From Macrostomum lignano (taxonomy: Eukaryota): a stretch of DNA of 64,000 nt. Below the pieces are notes generated by a model. The model worked only from the letters and a program-made list of their open reading frames with translations. It was not told where the DNA came from and did no database searches. This document shows positions 42,506 through 55,700 of this stretch, one piece after another; the stretch's first letter is position 1, and every line of letters starts with the position of its first letter. The stretch spans positions 310,001 to 374,000 of the forward strand of contig NIVC01000713.1 of the NCBI GenBank assembly GCA_002269645.1, given 5' to 3'. The position numbers were made by a program, and so were the translations under genes.

Positions 42506-42623
42506 ATGGCCTCAACTGAACAGAGAAACGACGGTGGCGGAGGCGGCGGAGGTGGCGGAGGTGGCGGAGGCGGCGCCAATGATGTCAGCAGGCAGAGGAA
42601 ACGTATTGGGCTGCCGCCTGACT
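42506..42623 (+). CDS. Tau/MAP2-like microtubule-associated protein, first coding exon
   Basis: Acceptor TTTGGTAG at 42499, GCCATGG start, poly-Gly, phase-1 donor T|GTGAGT. Confidence 0.75.
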
Positions 42624-42627
42624 GTGA

Positions 42628-43410
42628 GTCAGTGGGGTGGTGGGTGAAGTCAGTGGGGTGGTGGGTGAAGTCAGTGGGGTGGTGGGTGAAGTCAGTGGGG
42701 TGGTGGGTGAAGTCAGTGGGGTGGTGGATGTAGAAGTCAGTGGGGTGGTGGGTGAAGTCAGTGGGGTGGTGGATGTAGAAGTCAGTGGGGTGGTGGGTGA
42801 AGTCAGTGGGGTGGTGGATGTAGAAGTCAGTGGGGTGGTGGGTGAAGTCAGTGGGGTGGTGGATGTAGAAGTCAGTGGGGTGGTGGGTGAAGTCAGTGGG
42901 GTGGTGGGTGAAGTCAGTGGGGTGGTGGGTGAAGCCAGTGGGGTGGTGGGTGAAGTCAGTAGGGTGGCGGGTGAAGCCAGTGGGGTGGTGGGTGAAGTCA
43001 GTGGGGTGGTGGATGTAGAAGTCAGTGGGGTGGTGGGTGAAGCCAGTGGGGTGGTGGGTGAAGTCAGTGGGGTGGTGGATGTAGAAGTCAGTGGGGTGGT
43101 GGATGAAGTCAGTGGGGTGGTGGATGAAGTCAGTGGAGTGGTGGATGAAGTCAGTGGGGTGGTGGGTGAAGTCTGTGGGGTGGTGGGTGAAGCCAGTGGG
43201 ATGGTGGGTGAAGCCAGTGGGGTGGTGGGTAGAAGTCAGTGGTTGGTGGGTGTAAAAGTCAATGGGGTGGTAGGTGAAGTCAATAGGGTGGTGGGTGATA
43301 TCAGTGGGGTGGTGGGTGAAGTCAATGGGGTGGTGGGTGACATCAGTGGGGTGGTGGGTGAAATAAATGGTGTGAAGAGTGAGGTCAATGGGGTGGTGGG
43401 TGAGGTGGTA
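42628..43410. repeat. 21-bp G-rich minisatellite (GTGGTGGGTGAAGTCAGTGGG) in tau-like intron 1
   Basis: Starts immediately after the donor. Confidence 0.95.
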
Positions 43411-43446
43411 TATAACAATTTTAAACTTTTTCCCCCGACACCGCAG

Positions 43447-43512
43447 GGCAAGCTGAACAAGGAAAGGAAATTCCACCAAAGGTCGACACGCTCAATCAGG
43501 AATACAAGCCCA
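43447..43512 (+). CDS. Tau/MAP2-like protein exon 2 (start of repeat 1: PKVDTLNQEYKP)
   Basis: Acceptor CACCGCAG|GG (phase 1), phase-1 donor A|GTAAGT. Confidence 0.82.
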
Positions 43513-43596
43513 GTAAGTGCGCTGATAGAAGATTTATTAACCCCCGCACTTTCCAGACTATTTCAGAGAAAAACCATCTCTCAAAATTATTACTAG

Positions 43597-43709
43597 GCGG
43601 CGGTAACCGAAAGATATTCAAAGAGAAGTTGGACTTTTCCAAGAACGCCAAGCCAAAGGTGGAAACCATGAGTAACAAGGACTACCAACCAGGCGGAGGA
43701 ACCAAGAAG
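43597..43709 (+). CDS. Tau/MAP2-like protein exon 3 (GGNRKIFKEKLDFSKNAKPKVETMSNKDYQPGGGTKK)
   Basis: Acceptor TTATTACTAG|GC, phase-0 donor AAG|GTTCAG. PGGG motif and K..LDFS pattern of tubulin-binding repeats. Confidence 0.85.
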
Positions 43710-44174
43710 GTTCAGTCTTACAGCTTTGTTGTTTTTCAATTGTTTAATACACAAAATCTGTTTTCAGATTAACAGTAGTTGCGTTAACCGTTTGAAGCTC
43801 AACTGAAAGTTTAACAGTTTGCATGGCTAACTAAAGGCACAGAACTATATTTGCAATTCAAAATATTTTTTCTCACTAACAGCCAGCACTAATTATTAAT
43901 CTGCATCAGGTGTTCCAACAGCGGTTCACCTGGAGCGTGACCTCTCGGATCGGGTCGCTTGAGAATTTGCGGCACAGACCAAGCGGAGGCGACAGAAAAG
44001 TGCATGATTAATTAATTAATGAGAGAATTATTCTTTATGACTTCCTCACTTAGCTGAATTTGCAGTGAACAAGATTAGCGCTGCACTTTAGACTTCATGC
44101 ACGTGTGGGTCCGCAGGTTCAGGTGACCTTCTAATTCAGTTAGAATAGTGTTAAGCCCCTCTGTGTAGATAAAC

Positions 44175-44769
<595 letters not shown>

Positions 44770-45249
44770 CTACATCAGACCCGTACATTTACATGCACAA
44801 TGCTAATCTGTTAAGTCAATAAGTAAAATGAAATCTCAGTTTCCTCAGTGAAGCACAACAATCGGAAGAATAGATTAGCAATCCCTACGTGTTCTCAGTT
44901 AGCGCACAACAGTTAGCATGATATTTATATACATGTAAGTACTATACTGCATACACGAGCCACACACGAATTGTCACAGTGCATTTACCACCAAAGACTT
45001 CGGTGGACAAATCTGCCCGCAATCAATACCCGAGAAAATATTAATTACCGGCCAAAAACGCCTAAAGTCAGGGTGAGAATAATTAATATATATATGAATC
45101 ACATCGCTCAGTCGAGTGCAAACAAAGGGCGCTGGTTGTAACACGCCCGATTATTTAGTAAAACAACGGCTATATAATAATTTTTCCGTTTTTAACATGC
45201 AATTTGATTTTTCTATTTTGAATGTCGATTAAAACTACAAGGGTTTAAG

Positions 45250-45745
45250 TAAGGGTAAGGGTATAGGGACAGGGTAAGACTAGGGTAGGGATAGGGTTAG
45301 ACTAGAGTGGGGATAGGGTAAGACTAGGGTAGGGAGGTTAGGGTAGGGAGGTAGTGTTTGGAGGATAGAGTAGGGTAGAGTAGGGAGGGTAGTGTTTGGG
45401 GGAGTAGGCAAGGGTAGGGAAGGTAGGGTAGGGATGGTAGAGTAAGGTAGGGTAGGGAGAGTAGGGTAGGGTAGGGAGGGTAGTGTTGGGGAAAGTAGAA
45501 TAGGCTAGGGTAGGGCGTAGTAGGTAGGGAGGGTAGGGTAGGGCAGGGTAGGTAGGGAAGGTATGGTAGGTAGGGTAGGGAATAGATAAGGTAGGGAAGG
45601 TAGGTAGGGTAGGGAATGTATGGTAGGTAGGGTAAGTAGGGTAGGGCATGGTACATGTACTCGTATGCAGGGAGGGTAGCGTCGGCATGGTAGGTAGGTA
45701 GGGTAGGGTGGGCATGGTAGGTAGTCAGGGTAGGGTAGGGAGGAG
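45250..45745. repeat. Degenerate (GGGTA)n G-rich tract
   Basis: Direct inspection. Confidence 0.85.
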
Positions 45746-46202
45746 GTACATTTACAAGTAGGTTAGGATCGGAATATAAATTTTAATAGACCGAATTAGT
45801 CTATGGCAAAACCCCATGCAGCGCTGTGCGTTCTCCATAGCATAACACGAGTAAAAGTACTAGAGATACGACAAATGCATGCTCCTTAATTTCCGGCCAC
45901 AGGCTCATATCTCAATATGCCGCCTGCCAGCTCATATCGTAGCTTGAATTGCCACGCTAACAGAATATTCGTTGCCCGCGAGGTCGTCTAAAGTACTACA
46001 AAGATATTGTGGTTTTGAAGTTCACCGCGTCCTTTTATACCCAGCGGTCGACTTCAATTCAGCTGGCATCTGCACATTAATCGCTTATAAAAAGCTCACA
46101 TATATATATCTACTATATAGTACTTTTAGTAGCGCTAAAATACCACGCGGCTGGAAATTTTGAAAAGCAAAACTCTGACAGAAATGACACAATTTCTTTT
46201 AG

Positions 46203-46298
46203 ATCTTCAAAGAACGTGTGAATTTCTCGGAGAAGGCCACGCCGAGGTTAAACACGATGGAGAACAAAGACTACGAGCCGAAGCGGAACGAGATTAAG
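46203..46298 (+). CDS. Tau/MAP2-like protein exon 4 (one 32-aa repeat)
   Basis: TTTCTTTTAG|ATC...AAG|GTAATT, phase 0-0. IFKERVNFSEKATPRLNTMENKDYEPKRNEIK aligns to the preceding repeat. Confidence 0.85.
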
Positions 46299-46424
46299 GT
46301 AATTGCAGATCATATTAATGAGTTCAGTTTGGTTAGGTGGTAGGTCACTGGTGCCACCTCTGGCTTAAGTATACTCACAACCATACAAGACGTGACACAT
46401 TGAAAGCGTTCACGAGTATTTTTC

Positions 46425-47335
46425 TGACAGGTGAGCCAGTGGGATGTCAGGTGAGCCAGTGATATGTCAGGTAATACAGTGGTATGTCAGGCGAGTCACT
46501 GGGTCAGGCGAGTCACTGGGTCAGGCGAGTCACTTGGGTCTCAGGTGAGTGTATGTCAGGTAATACAGTGATATGTCAGGTAATACAGTGGTATGTCAGG
46601 CGAGTCACTGGGTCAGGCGAGTCACTTGGGTCTCAGGTGAGTGTATGTCAGGTAATACAGTGGTATGTCAGGTAATACAGTGGTATGTCAGGTAATACAG
46701 TGGTATGTCAGGCGAGTCACTTGGGTCTCAGGTGAGTGTATGTCAGGTAATACAGTGGTATGTCAGGTAATACAGTGGTATGTCAGGTAATACAGTGGTA
46801 TGTCAGGTAATACAGTGGTATGTCAGGTAATACAGTGGTATGTCAGGTAATACAGTGGTATGTCAGGTAATACAGTGGTATGTCAGGTAATACAGTGGTA
46901 TGTCAGGTAATACAGTGGTATGTCAGGTGAGCCAGTGGCATGTCAGGTAATACAGTGGTATGTCAGGTAATACAGTGGTATGTCAGGTAATACAGTGGTA
47001 TGTCAGGTGATACAGTGGTATGTCAGGTGAGCCAGTGGCATGTCAGGTAATACAGTGGTATGTCAGGTGATACAGTGGTATGTCAGGTAATACAGTGGTA
47101 TGTCAGGTGAGCCAGTGGCATGTCAGGTAATACAGTGGTATGTCAGGTGATACAGTGGTATGTCAGGTAATACAGTGGTATGTCAGGTGAGCCAGTGGTA
47201 TGTCAGGTAATACAGTGGTATGTCAGGTGAGCCAGTGGCATGTCAGGTAATACAGTGGTATGTCAGGTGAGCCAGTGATATGTCAGGCGAGCCAGTGGCA
47301 TGTCAGGTGAGCCAGTGGTATGTCAGGCGAGTCAG
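46425..47335. repeat. 20-bp minisatellite (ATGTCAGGTAATACAGTGGT) in tau-like intron 4
   Basis: About 45 units. Confidence 0.95.
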
Positions 47336-47387
47336 TAGGGACCAGGCTCCCAGAAGCTCTCCTGCACATGTCCGGACACCGCCGCAG

Positions 47388-48979
47388 GTGTACCACGAGC
47401 GCCTGCCATGGCTGGAGGTTGAAAGTAACCGACCCAGACTCCAGCTGGTCTCGCAACAGTCTGACGCGATCAAGGACAAGCCTCAGCAGCAGGAGCAGCA
47501 ACCAGCACCAACCAACGGTTCGGAATCGCCGAGACAGCAGCAGCGGACGGCGGCCGCGGGAGCAGCCATGCGGCAGCGGCAGCGAGAATACGACCAGCGG
47601 TACCGAGGCGAGGCAAAAAGCAGCCCCGCAGTAGGGGTGTTCGGGTCGGCCATTTTTTCGGGGTTCGGGGTTCACCCCGAACCCGGTACCCCTACCCCGA
47701 ACCCCGAACCCCGTCCCGAACATTTCTTCCAACCCCGAACCCCGAACCCGGTACCAAAACCCGACCCGACCCCGAACGTAACCCCGAACATTTTCACGCT
47801 TATTTTGGTCAATCATTTTAATAAATTCAGTTTTCAGTTTTCAATTTTTCAGTTTTCAGTTTTGAATTTCAGTTTTAAAATCAGTTTTATACATTGAGAT
47901 GTGCCTTAACAGCTTCAACCACTTAGCCTTGTGGCTTTATTTCCCTTAGCTACTCTACAACTAGGAAAAGAAATATGAAACACTTCTTGCAATGGGATTG
48001 GGATTGAGATGGAAGGAATACCAAGACCCAAGATCTAATAGTAAGATACATGAAAGTTCACAACTAAAATCAGGACCATTTCGTACCTATACTTACAACG
48101 AAATTGCTTTCATAGTAATATTACATCTATGAGCTTATTTAAGCTGCAAAAATAGAGTACAATAAAATTAGATTATACCCTGTAGTGTAGATATCAGTAG
48201 AGATAGAACTAGAGCGATAAAGAGATAGCACAGATAAAACAATGAAACAATGAAACAGGAGAGTTAATCACAAATATATATTTATTTTTACTTTTGACTA
48301 CAGTTAACAGTAAGTCAGTAGTGGTATAACAGAATTGCTATGTAAAAACTAAAGTGACGTCTTTACATAAAATTGTATGCTGATATGAGTAGGTAATCAT
48401 TGTGATAATTGATTATTGGCGACTGATGCGTGGAGAATAATAGTGTATTTATAAATTTTAAGCTTCCTCATCCAATCCAGAAGTTCAGACCATGTTACAC
48501 GTAGCACATGTAAAATTATTACTGAACGTAATTTTTTAAATCATCAACTGCAAGACTGAATGGGTCGAAAAACGACAATCGTTATTTACCAGAAAGTGTA
48601 AATGAATCCATGGTTCTATCTGCTATTTCCGTTTCAAATTGTATGTAAAATATAACTTGAGTTGTACCTGAAACTCAATGCATATCTTTCGCATTGTGGA
48701 TTTTGCATAAGGAGTAAAAAGTGCTTGAAAATACTCTTGAGAATGATAATTGTTCAAAACCCCGAAAACCCCGAAAACCCGGTGGCCAAACCCGACCCGA
48801 ACCCCGAACCCGGTACCCCTACCCCGAACCCCGAACCCGACCCGGAGCACCTACCCCGAACCCCGAACCCGGTACCAAAACCCGACCCGAAACCCGACCC
48901 GACCCCGAACCCCGAACACCCCTACCCCGCAGCGACCAAGCCGCGTCAGCTCGACAACGAAAGAAGCGAGCAAAAGTAG
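47388..48979 (+). CDS. Tau/MAP2-like protein last exon (47388-47631 + 48933-48979), interrupted by hAT element
   Basis: Acceptor CCGCCGCAG|GTG. Removing the element plus one TSD restores ...KSSPAATKPRQLDNERSEQK* in frame. Predicted pre-insertion protein ~227 aa. Confidence 0.75.
47632..48924. mobile_element. Non-autonomous hAT-type DNA transposon (1293 bp)
   Basis: Perfect 14-bp TIR TAGGGGTGTTCGGG / CCCGAACACCCCTA, 8-bp TSD CCCCGCAG (47624-47631 and 48925-48932), subterminal CCCGAA(C) motif arrays at both ends. No transposase ORF recognised. Confidence 0.92.
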
Positions 48980-49079
48980 ATGCCCAGCCGCGACTTTGTG
49001 CGAGTTTGCATGTACTTCTTCAGACTGACGTTTCAAGATTTGTAAAACTTTATTGACATCTTCAGTGATGGGTGTACGA

Positions 49080-50525
49080 GTAGATGTGGCCTTTATTGGC
49101 ATCTAGAGAGGGGTATAGATGTGGCCATTATTGGAATCTAGAGTGGGGTATAGATGCGGCCATTATTGGAATCTAGAGTGGGGTATAGATGTGGTCATTA
49201 TTGGCATCTAGAGAGGGGTATAGATGTGGCCATTATTGGCATCTAGAGTGGGGTATAGATGTGGCCTTTATTGGCATCTAGAGAGGGGTATAGATGTGGC
49301 CATTATTGGAATCTAGAGTGGGGTATAGATGCGGCCATTATTGGCATCTAGAGTGGGGTATAGATGTGGCCTTTATTGGCATCTAGAGAGGGGTATAGAT
49401 GTGGCCATTATTGGCATCTAGAGTGGGGTATAGATGTAGATGTGGCCTTTATTGGCATCTAGAGAGGGGTATAGATGTGGCCATTATTGGCATCTAGAGT
49501 GGGGTATAGATGTGGTCATTATTGGCATCTAGAGAGGGGTATGGATGCGGCCATTATTGGCATCTAGAGTGGGGTATTGATGCGGCCATCATTGGCATCT
49601 AGAGTGGGGTATAGATGTGGCCATTATTGACATCTAGAGTGGGGTATAGATGTGGCCATTATTGGCATCTAGAGTGGGGTATAGATGTGGTCATTATTGG
49701 CATCTAGAGTGGGGTATAGATGTGGCCATTATTGGCATCTAGAGTGGGGTATAGATGTGGTCATTATAGGCATCTAGAGTGGGGTATTGATGCGGCCATC
49801 ATTGGCATCTAGAGTGGGGTATAGATGTGGCCATTATTGACATCTAGAGTGGGGTATAGATGCAGCCATTATTGGCATCTAGAGTGGGGTATTGATGCGG
49901 CCATCATTGGCATCTAGAGTGGGGTATAGATGTGGCCATTATTGGCATCTAGAGAGGGGTATAGATGTGGCCATTATTGGCATCTAGAGTGGGGTATAGA
50001 TGTGGCCATTATTGGCATCTAGAGTGGGGTATAGATGTGGCCATCATTGGCATCTAGAGTGGGGTATAGATGTGGTCATTATTGGCATCTAGAGTGGGGT
50101 ATAGATGTGGCCATTATTGGCATCTAGAGTGGGGTATAGATGTGGTCATTATTGGCATCTAGAGTGGGGTATTGATGCGGCCATCATTGGCATCTAGAGT
50201 GGGGTATAGATGTGGCCATTATTGACATCTAGAGTGGGGTATAGATGCAGCCATTATTGGCATCTAGAGTGGGGTATTGATGCGGCCATCATTGGCATCT
50301 AGAGTGGGGTATAGATGTGGCCATTATTGGCATCTAGAGAGGGGTATAGATGTGGCCATTATTGGCATCTAGAGAGGGGTATAGATGTGGCCATTATTGG
50401 CATCTAGAGTGGGGTATAGATGTGGCCATTATTGGCATCTAGAGTGGGGTATAGATGTGGCCATTATTGGCATCTAGAGTGGGGTATAGATGTGGCCATT
50501 ATTGGCATCTAGAGTGGGGTATAGA
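49080..50525. repeat. 35-bp minisatellite (ATAGATGTGGCCATTATTGGCATCTAGAGTGGGGT) between converging gene ends
   Basis: About 41 units. Confidence 0.96.
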
Positions 50526-51212
50526 CTTGAGCAATGCATCTAACCTCGGAGACCAGCAGAATTTAATTATACCCTCCCAAGCAGCACATACTACTTGATA
50601 CAAACCATTTTGAAGAGAGGAAATAAAATTTAAGACCAGATTCTCCGTCCTAAATACAGATTTTCTATAACTATTTTTTGCAACCTTTATCTTTCAACTA
50701 ATGAGCCTTACCTTGAGGAGAAAGCAAGTGTTAATTTATCGGAACAAAATACATGTAACAATTGTTTCTGTCCAAATAATGCTTTAGACTGCTTAATTTT
50801 CAAGTGATTTATTGCAAATTTACACAGCTCATGGCTTCACACAAAACTTGATTTGGAAGAGCAAAAAGAATATCAAGTCAACTGTTTTGATTCTTATTAT
50901 CAATTTTGATAAGATTAGATTGAAGATGACATTTACAAAGCATACTACTAACGAGGCCGACATGTTGGTTAAGTAGTAACGAAGGAACACGATGCAACCA
51001 AAGAAATGCAACTGAGCTACCTGCGATTCAGTAGTATTAGTAGTAAGGCATTTAGTTGTTTTTTAGTGATTTGAATAAGAAAATAGTTGTATTCTTTACT
51101 TGCCTACTCATTCAGTAGGCAAGTAAGTAGAAGTTTTGCTAAATAATCAGGCTTATATCAGTCGTGACGCAATCAGATTTTAGACAAACAATATACCACA
51201 TTATAGCTCTGT

Positions 51213-51566
51213 TCACACCTTGCTTCTGTGCACCTGCTCGACGCGAATAGCGGTCACGTGACGCATGTACGGCTTGGCCGTGTGCACGCATTCCAGAAAC
51301 ATCACAGCTGGCGGGTGGCTGGCAAACAGAATGGATGCCGGATGAATGAAAGCCGGCTGCGGCAGGCCCTGACACAGGTAGCTGCGATCCTTGCCCCGAG
51401 AAGCTGAGCCAGAACCAGCTCCAGCACTGATGTGACTGCGCTGCAGGGCCGCCGTTGAATGCCGAAACCCGGCCAAGAAAGCTTCCACAATGGGCTCGGG
51501 CCGGTTCTGACAGGATCGAATCTCCAGGCCGAGAGAGCGGCAAAGAGAGCGCAGCTGCTTGCGAAC
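51213..51566 (-). CDS. DHX33: DHX33 exon 6 (OB fold) to TGA
   Basis: TTCCTGCAG|[12 protein letters not shown]...IHPASILF...[16 protein letters not shown]. The six exons give ~752 aa if the frameshift is repaired. Confidence 0.88.
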   Translation of the reverse strand, partial: VRKQLRSLCRSLGLEIRSCQNRPEPIVEAFLAGFRHSTAALQRSHISAGAGSGSASRGKDRSYLCQGLPQPAFIHPASILFASHPPAVMFLECVHTAKPYMRHVTAIRVEQVHRSKV

Positions 51567-51789
51567 CTGCAGGAAGATGGAGACCGATTTGGAGCTTAAT
51601 TATGGCACAGTTATCAACATAGTGTCTCTTTCATTCTCCTATATACCAAAGTTACACCTGAAAGTCATACCGGAGTGTCACTCCCTCCTCCAAAAGTCAC
51701 ATCAAAGATCTCTGTGTAACCTTAAATTTGCACACTAGAATCACTCCTCATACATTCATACCCAGTCTCCTACACCAAACACACCGAGA

Positions 51790-52285
51790 GAGTCACTTTA
51801 CTCCCAAAGTCACCCCAAAGTCACTCTACTTCTAAAGTCACACCCGAGAGTCCCTCTTCTTCCAAAGTCATATCTGAGAGCCATTCTACTTTCAAAGTCA
51901 CACCGAAAGTCGCTCTACTCCCAAAAAGTCATATGGAGAGTCACTCTACTCCCTAAGTCACACCTGAGAGTCACTCTACTCCCTAAGTCACACCTGAGAG
52001 TCACTCTACTCCCTAAGTCACACCTGAGAGTCACTCTACTCCCTAAGTCACACCTGAGAGTCACTCTACTCCCTAAGTCACACCTGAGAGTCACTCTACT
52101 CCCTAAGTCACACCTGAGAGTCACTCTACTCCCTAAGTCACACATGAGAGTCACTCTACTCTTAAAGTCACACCGAGAGTCACTATACTGTTAAATTCAC
52201 ACCAGAGAGTCACTCTACTTTCAAACTCACACCTGAGAATCACTATACTTCCATAGTCACACCGAGAGTCACTCTCCTCCTAAAA
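51790..52285. repeat. 30-bp minisatellite (GAGAGTCACTCTACTCCCTAAGTCACACCT)
   Basis: Located in DHX33 intron 5. Confidence 0.92.
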
Positions 52286-52340
52286 GTCAAGAACAGAGAG
52301 GCACGCCTTCCTAGCTAGTAGAACAGTTGTTAAGCCACAC

Positions 52341-52568
52341 CTGCAGACAGGTAGTCAAGGCTCTCAGGGAGATAAAATGCCGTTTCAACCATCGCGCCTT
52401 CTCAGCCGGGTCCGTCAGGCCCTGGAACGCGTTGAAGAGGTTCAGCAGGAAGAACAGATCGCCGTGCGAAGATTCGTACGGCTGCCAGGCGGCCTGGGCG
52501 GCTTCCCGGCGATTCGGCGGCACGTAGAACAGATGGTCCACCGATAGGAGGGAGACGATCTTGATTAC
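52341..52568 (-). CDS. DHX33: DHX33 exon 5
   Basis: CCCGCCAG|[25 protein letters not shown]...SSHGDL..LLNLF, phase-0 donor GTGTGG. Confidence 0.9.
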
Positions 52569-52734
52569 CTGGCGGGAGAGGGGTCAATTAACAGTTGGCA
52601 ACTGGAATGATGGTCACTGAGAATCATGGCCGAAATGTGCAACATAATTATCATTTGACTCTTTGAGGTATCAGCAACCTCGTGCAGAAAATTTATCTCA
52701 GCATCTTATATCTCTGAATTCGTTTATCTAACAT

Positions 52735-55700
52735 AGAAATCTCAGCAATCTGACCCCTCCCACCCCAAATCTCAGCAATCTGACCCCTCCCACCCCAAGT
52801 CTCAGCAATCTGACCCCTCCCACCCCAAGTCTCAGCAATCTGACCCCTCCCACCCCAAGTCTCAGCAATCTAACCCCTCCCATCCCAAGTCTCAGCAATC
52901 TGACCCCTCCCATCCCAAGTCTCAGCAATCTGACCCCCCATCCCAAATCTCAGCAATCTGACCCCCTTCAAATCTCAGCAATCTGACCCCTCCCACCCCA
53001 AGTCTCAGCAATCTGACCCCCTTCAAATCACAGCAATCTGACCCCTCCCACCTCAAGTCTCAGCAATCTGACCCCTCCCATCCCAAGTCTCAGCAATCTG
53101 ACCCCCCACCCCAAGTCTCAGCAATCTGACCCCCCCATCAAAAATCTCAGCAATCTGACCCCTCCCACCCCAAGTCTCAGCAATCTGACCCCCCACCCCA
53201 AGTCTCAGCAATCTGACCCCCCCATCCCAAATCTCAGCAATCTGACCCCCTTCAAATCTCAGCAATCTGACCCCTCCCACCCCAAGTCTCAGCAATCTGA
53301 CCCCTCCCACCCCAAGTCTCAGCAATCTGACCCCCTTCAAATCTCAGCAATCTGACCCCTCCCACCTCAAGTCTCAGCAATCTGACCCCTCCCATCCCAA
53401 GTCTCAGCAATCTGACCCCCTTCAAATCTCAGCAATCTGACCCCTCCCACCCCAAGTCTCAGCAATCTAACCCCTCCCACCCCAAGTCTCAGCAATCTGA
53501 CCCCTCCCACCCCAAGTCTCAGCAATCTGACCCCTCCCATCCCAAGTCTCAGCAATCTGACCCCTCCTATCCCAAGTCTCAGCAATCTGACCCCTCCCAT
53601 CCCAAATCTCAGCAATCTGACCCCTCCCATCCCAAGTCTCAGCAATCTGACCCCTCCCATCCCAAGTCTCAGCAATCTGACCCCTCCCATCCCAAGTCTC
53701 AGCAATCTGACCCCTCCCATCCCAAGTCTCAGCAATCTGACCCCCCATCCCAAATCTCAGCAATCTGACCCCCTTCAAATCTCACCAATCTGACCCCCTT
53801 CAAATCTCAGCAATCTGACCCCCTTCAAATCTCAGCAATCTGACCCCTCCCACCCCAAGTCTCAGCAATCTGACCCCTCCCATCCCAAGTCTCAGCAATC
53901 TGACCCCCCATCCCAAGTCTCAGCAATCTGACCCCTCCCATCCCAAATCTCAGCAATCTGACCCCTCCCATCCCAAGTCTCAGCAATCTGACCCCTCCCA
54001 TCCCAAGTCTCAGCAATCTGACCCCTCCCATCCCAAATCTCAGCAATCTGACCCCTCCCATCTCAAGCCTCAGCAATCTGACCCCTCCCATCCCAAATCT
54101 CAGCAATCTGACCCCTCCCATCCCAAGTCTCAGCAATCTGACCCCTCCCATCCCACGTCTCAGCAATCTGACCCCCCACCCCAAGTCTCAGCAATCTGAC
54201 CCCCTATCCCAAATCTCAGCAATCTGACCCCCTTCAAATCTCAGCAATCTGACCCCTCCCACCCCAAGTCTCAGCAATCTGACCCCTCCCATCCCAAGTC
54301 TCAGCAATCTGACCCCCCATCCCAAATCTCAGCAATCTGACTCCCCCATCCCAAATCTCAGCAATCTGACCCCTCCCATCCCAAGTCTCAGCAATCTGAC
54401 CCCTCCCATCCCAAGTCTCAGCAATGTGACCCCCCCACCCCAAATCTCAGCAATCTGACCCCCCCATCCCAAATCTCAGCAATCTGACCCCCTTCAAATC
54501 TCAGCAATCTGACCCCCTTCAAATCTCAGCAATCTGACCCCTCCCACCCCAAGTCTCAGCAATTTAACCCCTCCCATCCCAAGTCTCAGCAATCTGACCC
54601 CTCCCATCCCAAGTCTCAGCAATCTGACCCCTCCCATCCCAAGTCTCAGCAATCTGACCCCTCCTATCCCAAGTCTCAGCAATCTGACCCCTCCCATCCC
54701 AAATCTCAGCAATCTGACCCCTCCCATCCCAAGTCTCAGCAATCTGACCCCTCCCATCCCAAGTCTCAGCAATCTGACCCCTCCCATCCCAAGTCTCAGC
54801 AATCTGACCCCTCCCATCCCAAGTCTCAGCAATCTGACCCCCCATCCCAAATCTCAGCAATCTGACCCCCTTCAAATCTCACCAATCTGACCCCCTTCAA
54901 ATCTCAGCAATCTGACCCCCTTCAAATCTCAGCAATCTGACCCCTCCCACCCCAAGTCTCAGCAATCTGACCCCTCCCATCCCAAGTCTCAGCAATCTGA
55001 CCCCCCATCCCAAGTCTCAGCAATCTGACCCCTCCCATCCCAAATCTCAGCAATCTGACCCCTCCCATCCCAAGTCTCAGCAATCTGACCCCTCCCATCC
55101 CAAGTCTCAGCAATCTGACCCCTCCCATCCCAAATCTCAGCAATCTGACCCCTCCCATCCCAAGCCTCAGCAATCTGACCCCTCCCATCCCAAATCTCAG
55201 CAATCTGACCCCTCCCATCCCAAGTCTCAGCAATCTGACCCCTCCCATCCCACGTCTCAGCAATCTGACCCCCACCCCAAGTCTCAGCAATCTGACCCCC
55301 TATCCCAAATCTCAGCAATCTGACCCCCTTCAAATCTCAGCAATCTGACCCCTCCCACCCCAAGTCTCAGCAATCTGACCCCTCCCATCCCAAGTCTCAG
55401 CAATCTGACCCCCCATCCCAAATCTCAGCAATCTGACTCCCCCATCCCAAATCTCAGCAATCTGACCCCTCCCATCCCAAGTCTCAGCAATCTGACCCCT
55501 CCCATCCCAAGTCTCAGCAATCTGACCCCCCCACCCCAAATCTCAGCAATCTGACCCCCCCCATCCCAAATCTCAGCAATCTGACCCCCTTCAAATCTCA
55601 GCAATCTGACCCCCTTCAAATCTCAGCAATCTGACCCCTCCCACCCCAAGTCTCAGCAATCTGACCCCTCCCATCCCAAGTCTCAGCAATCTGACCCCCA

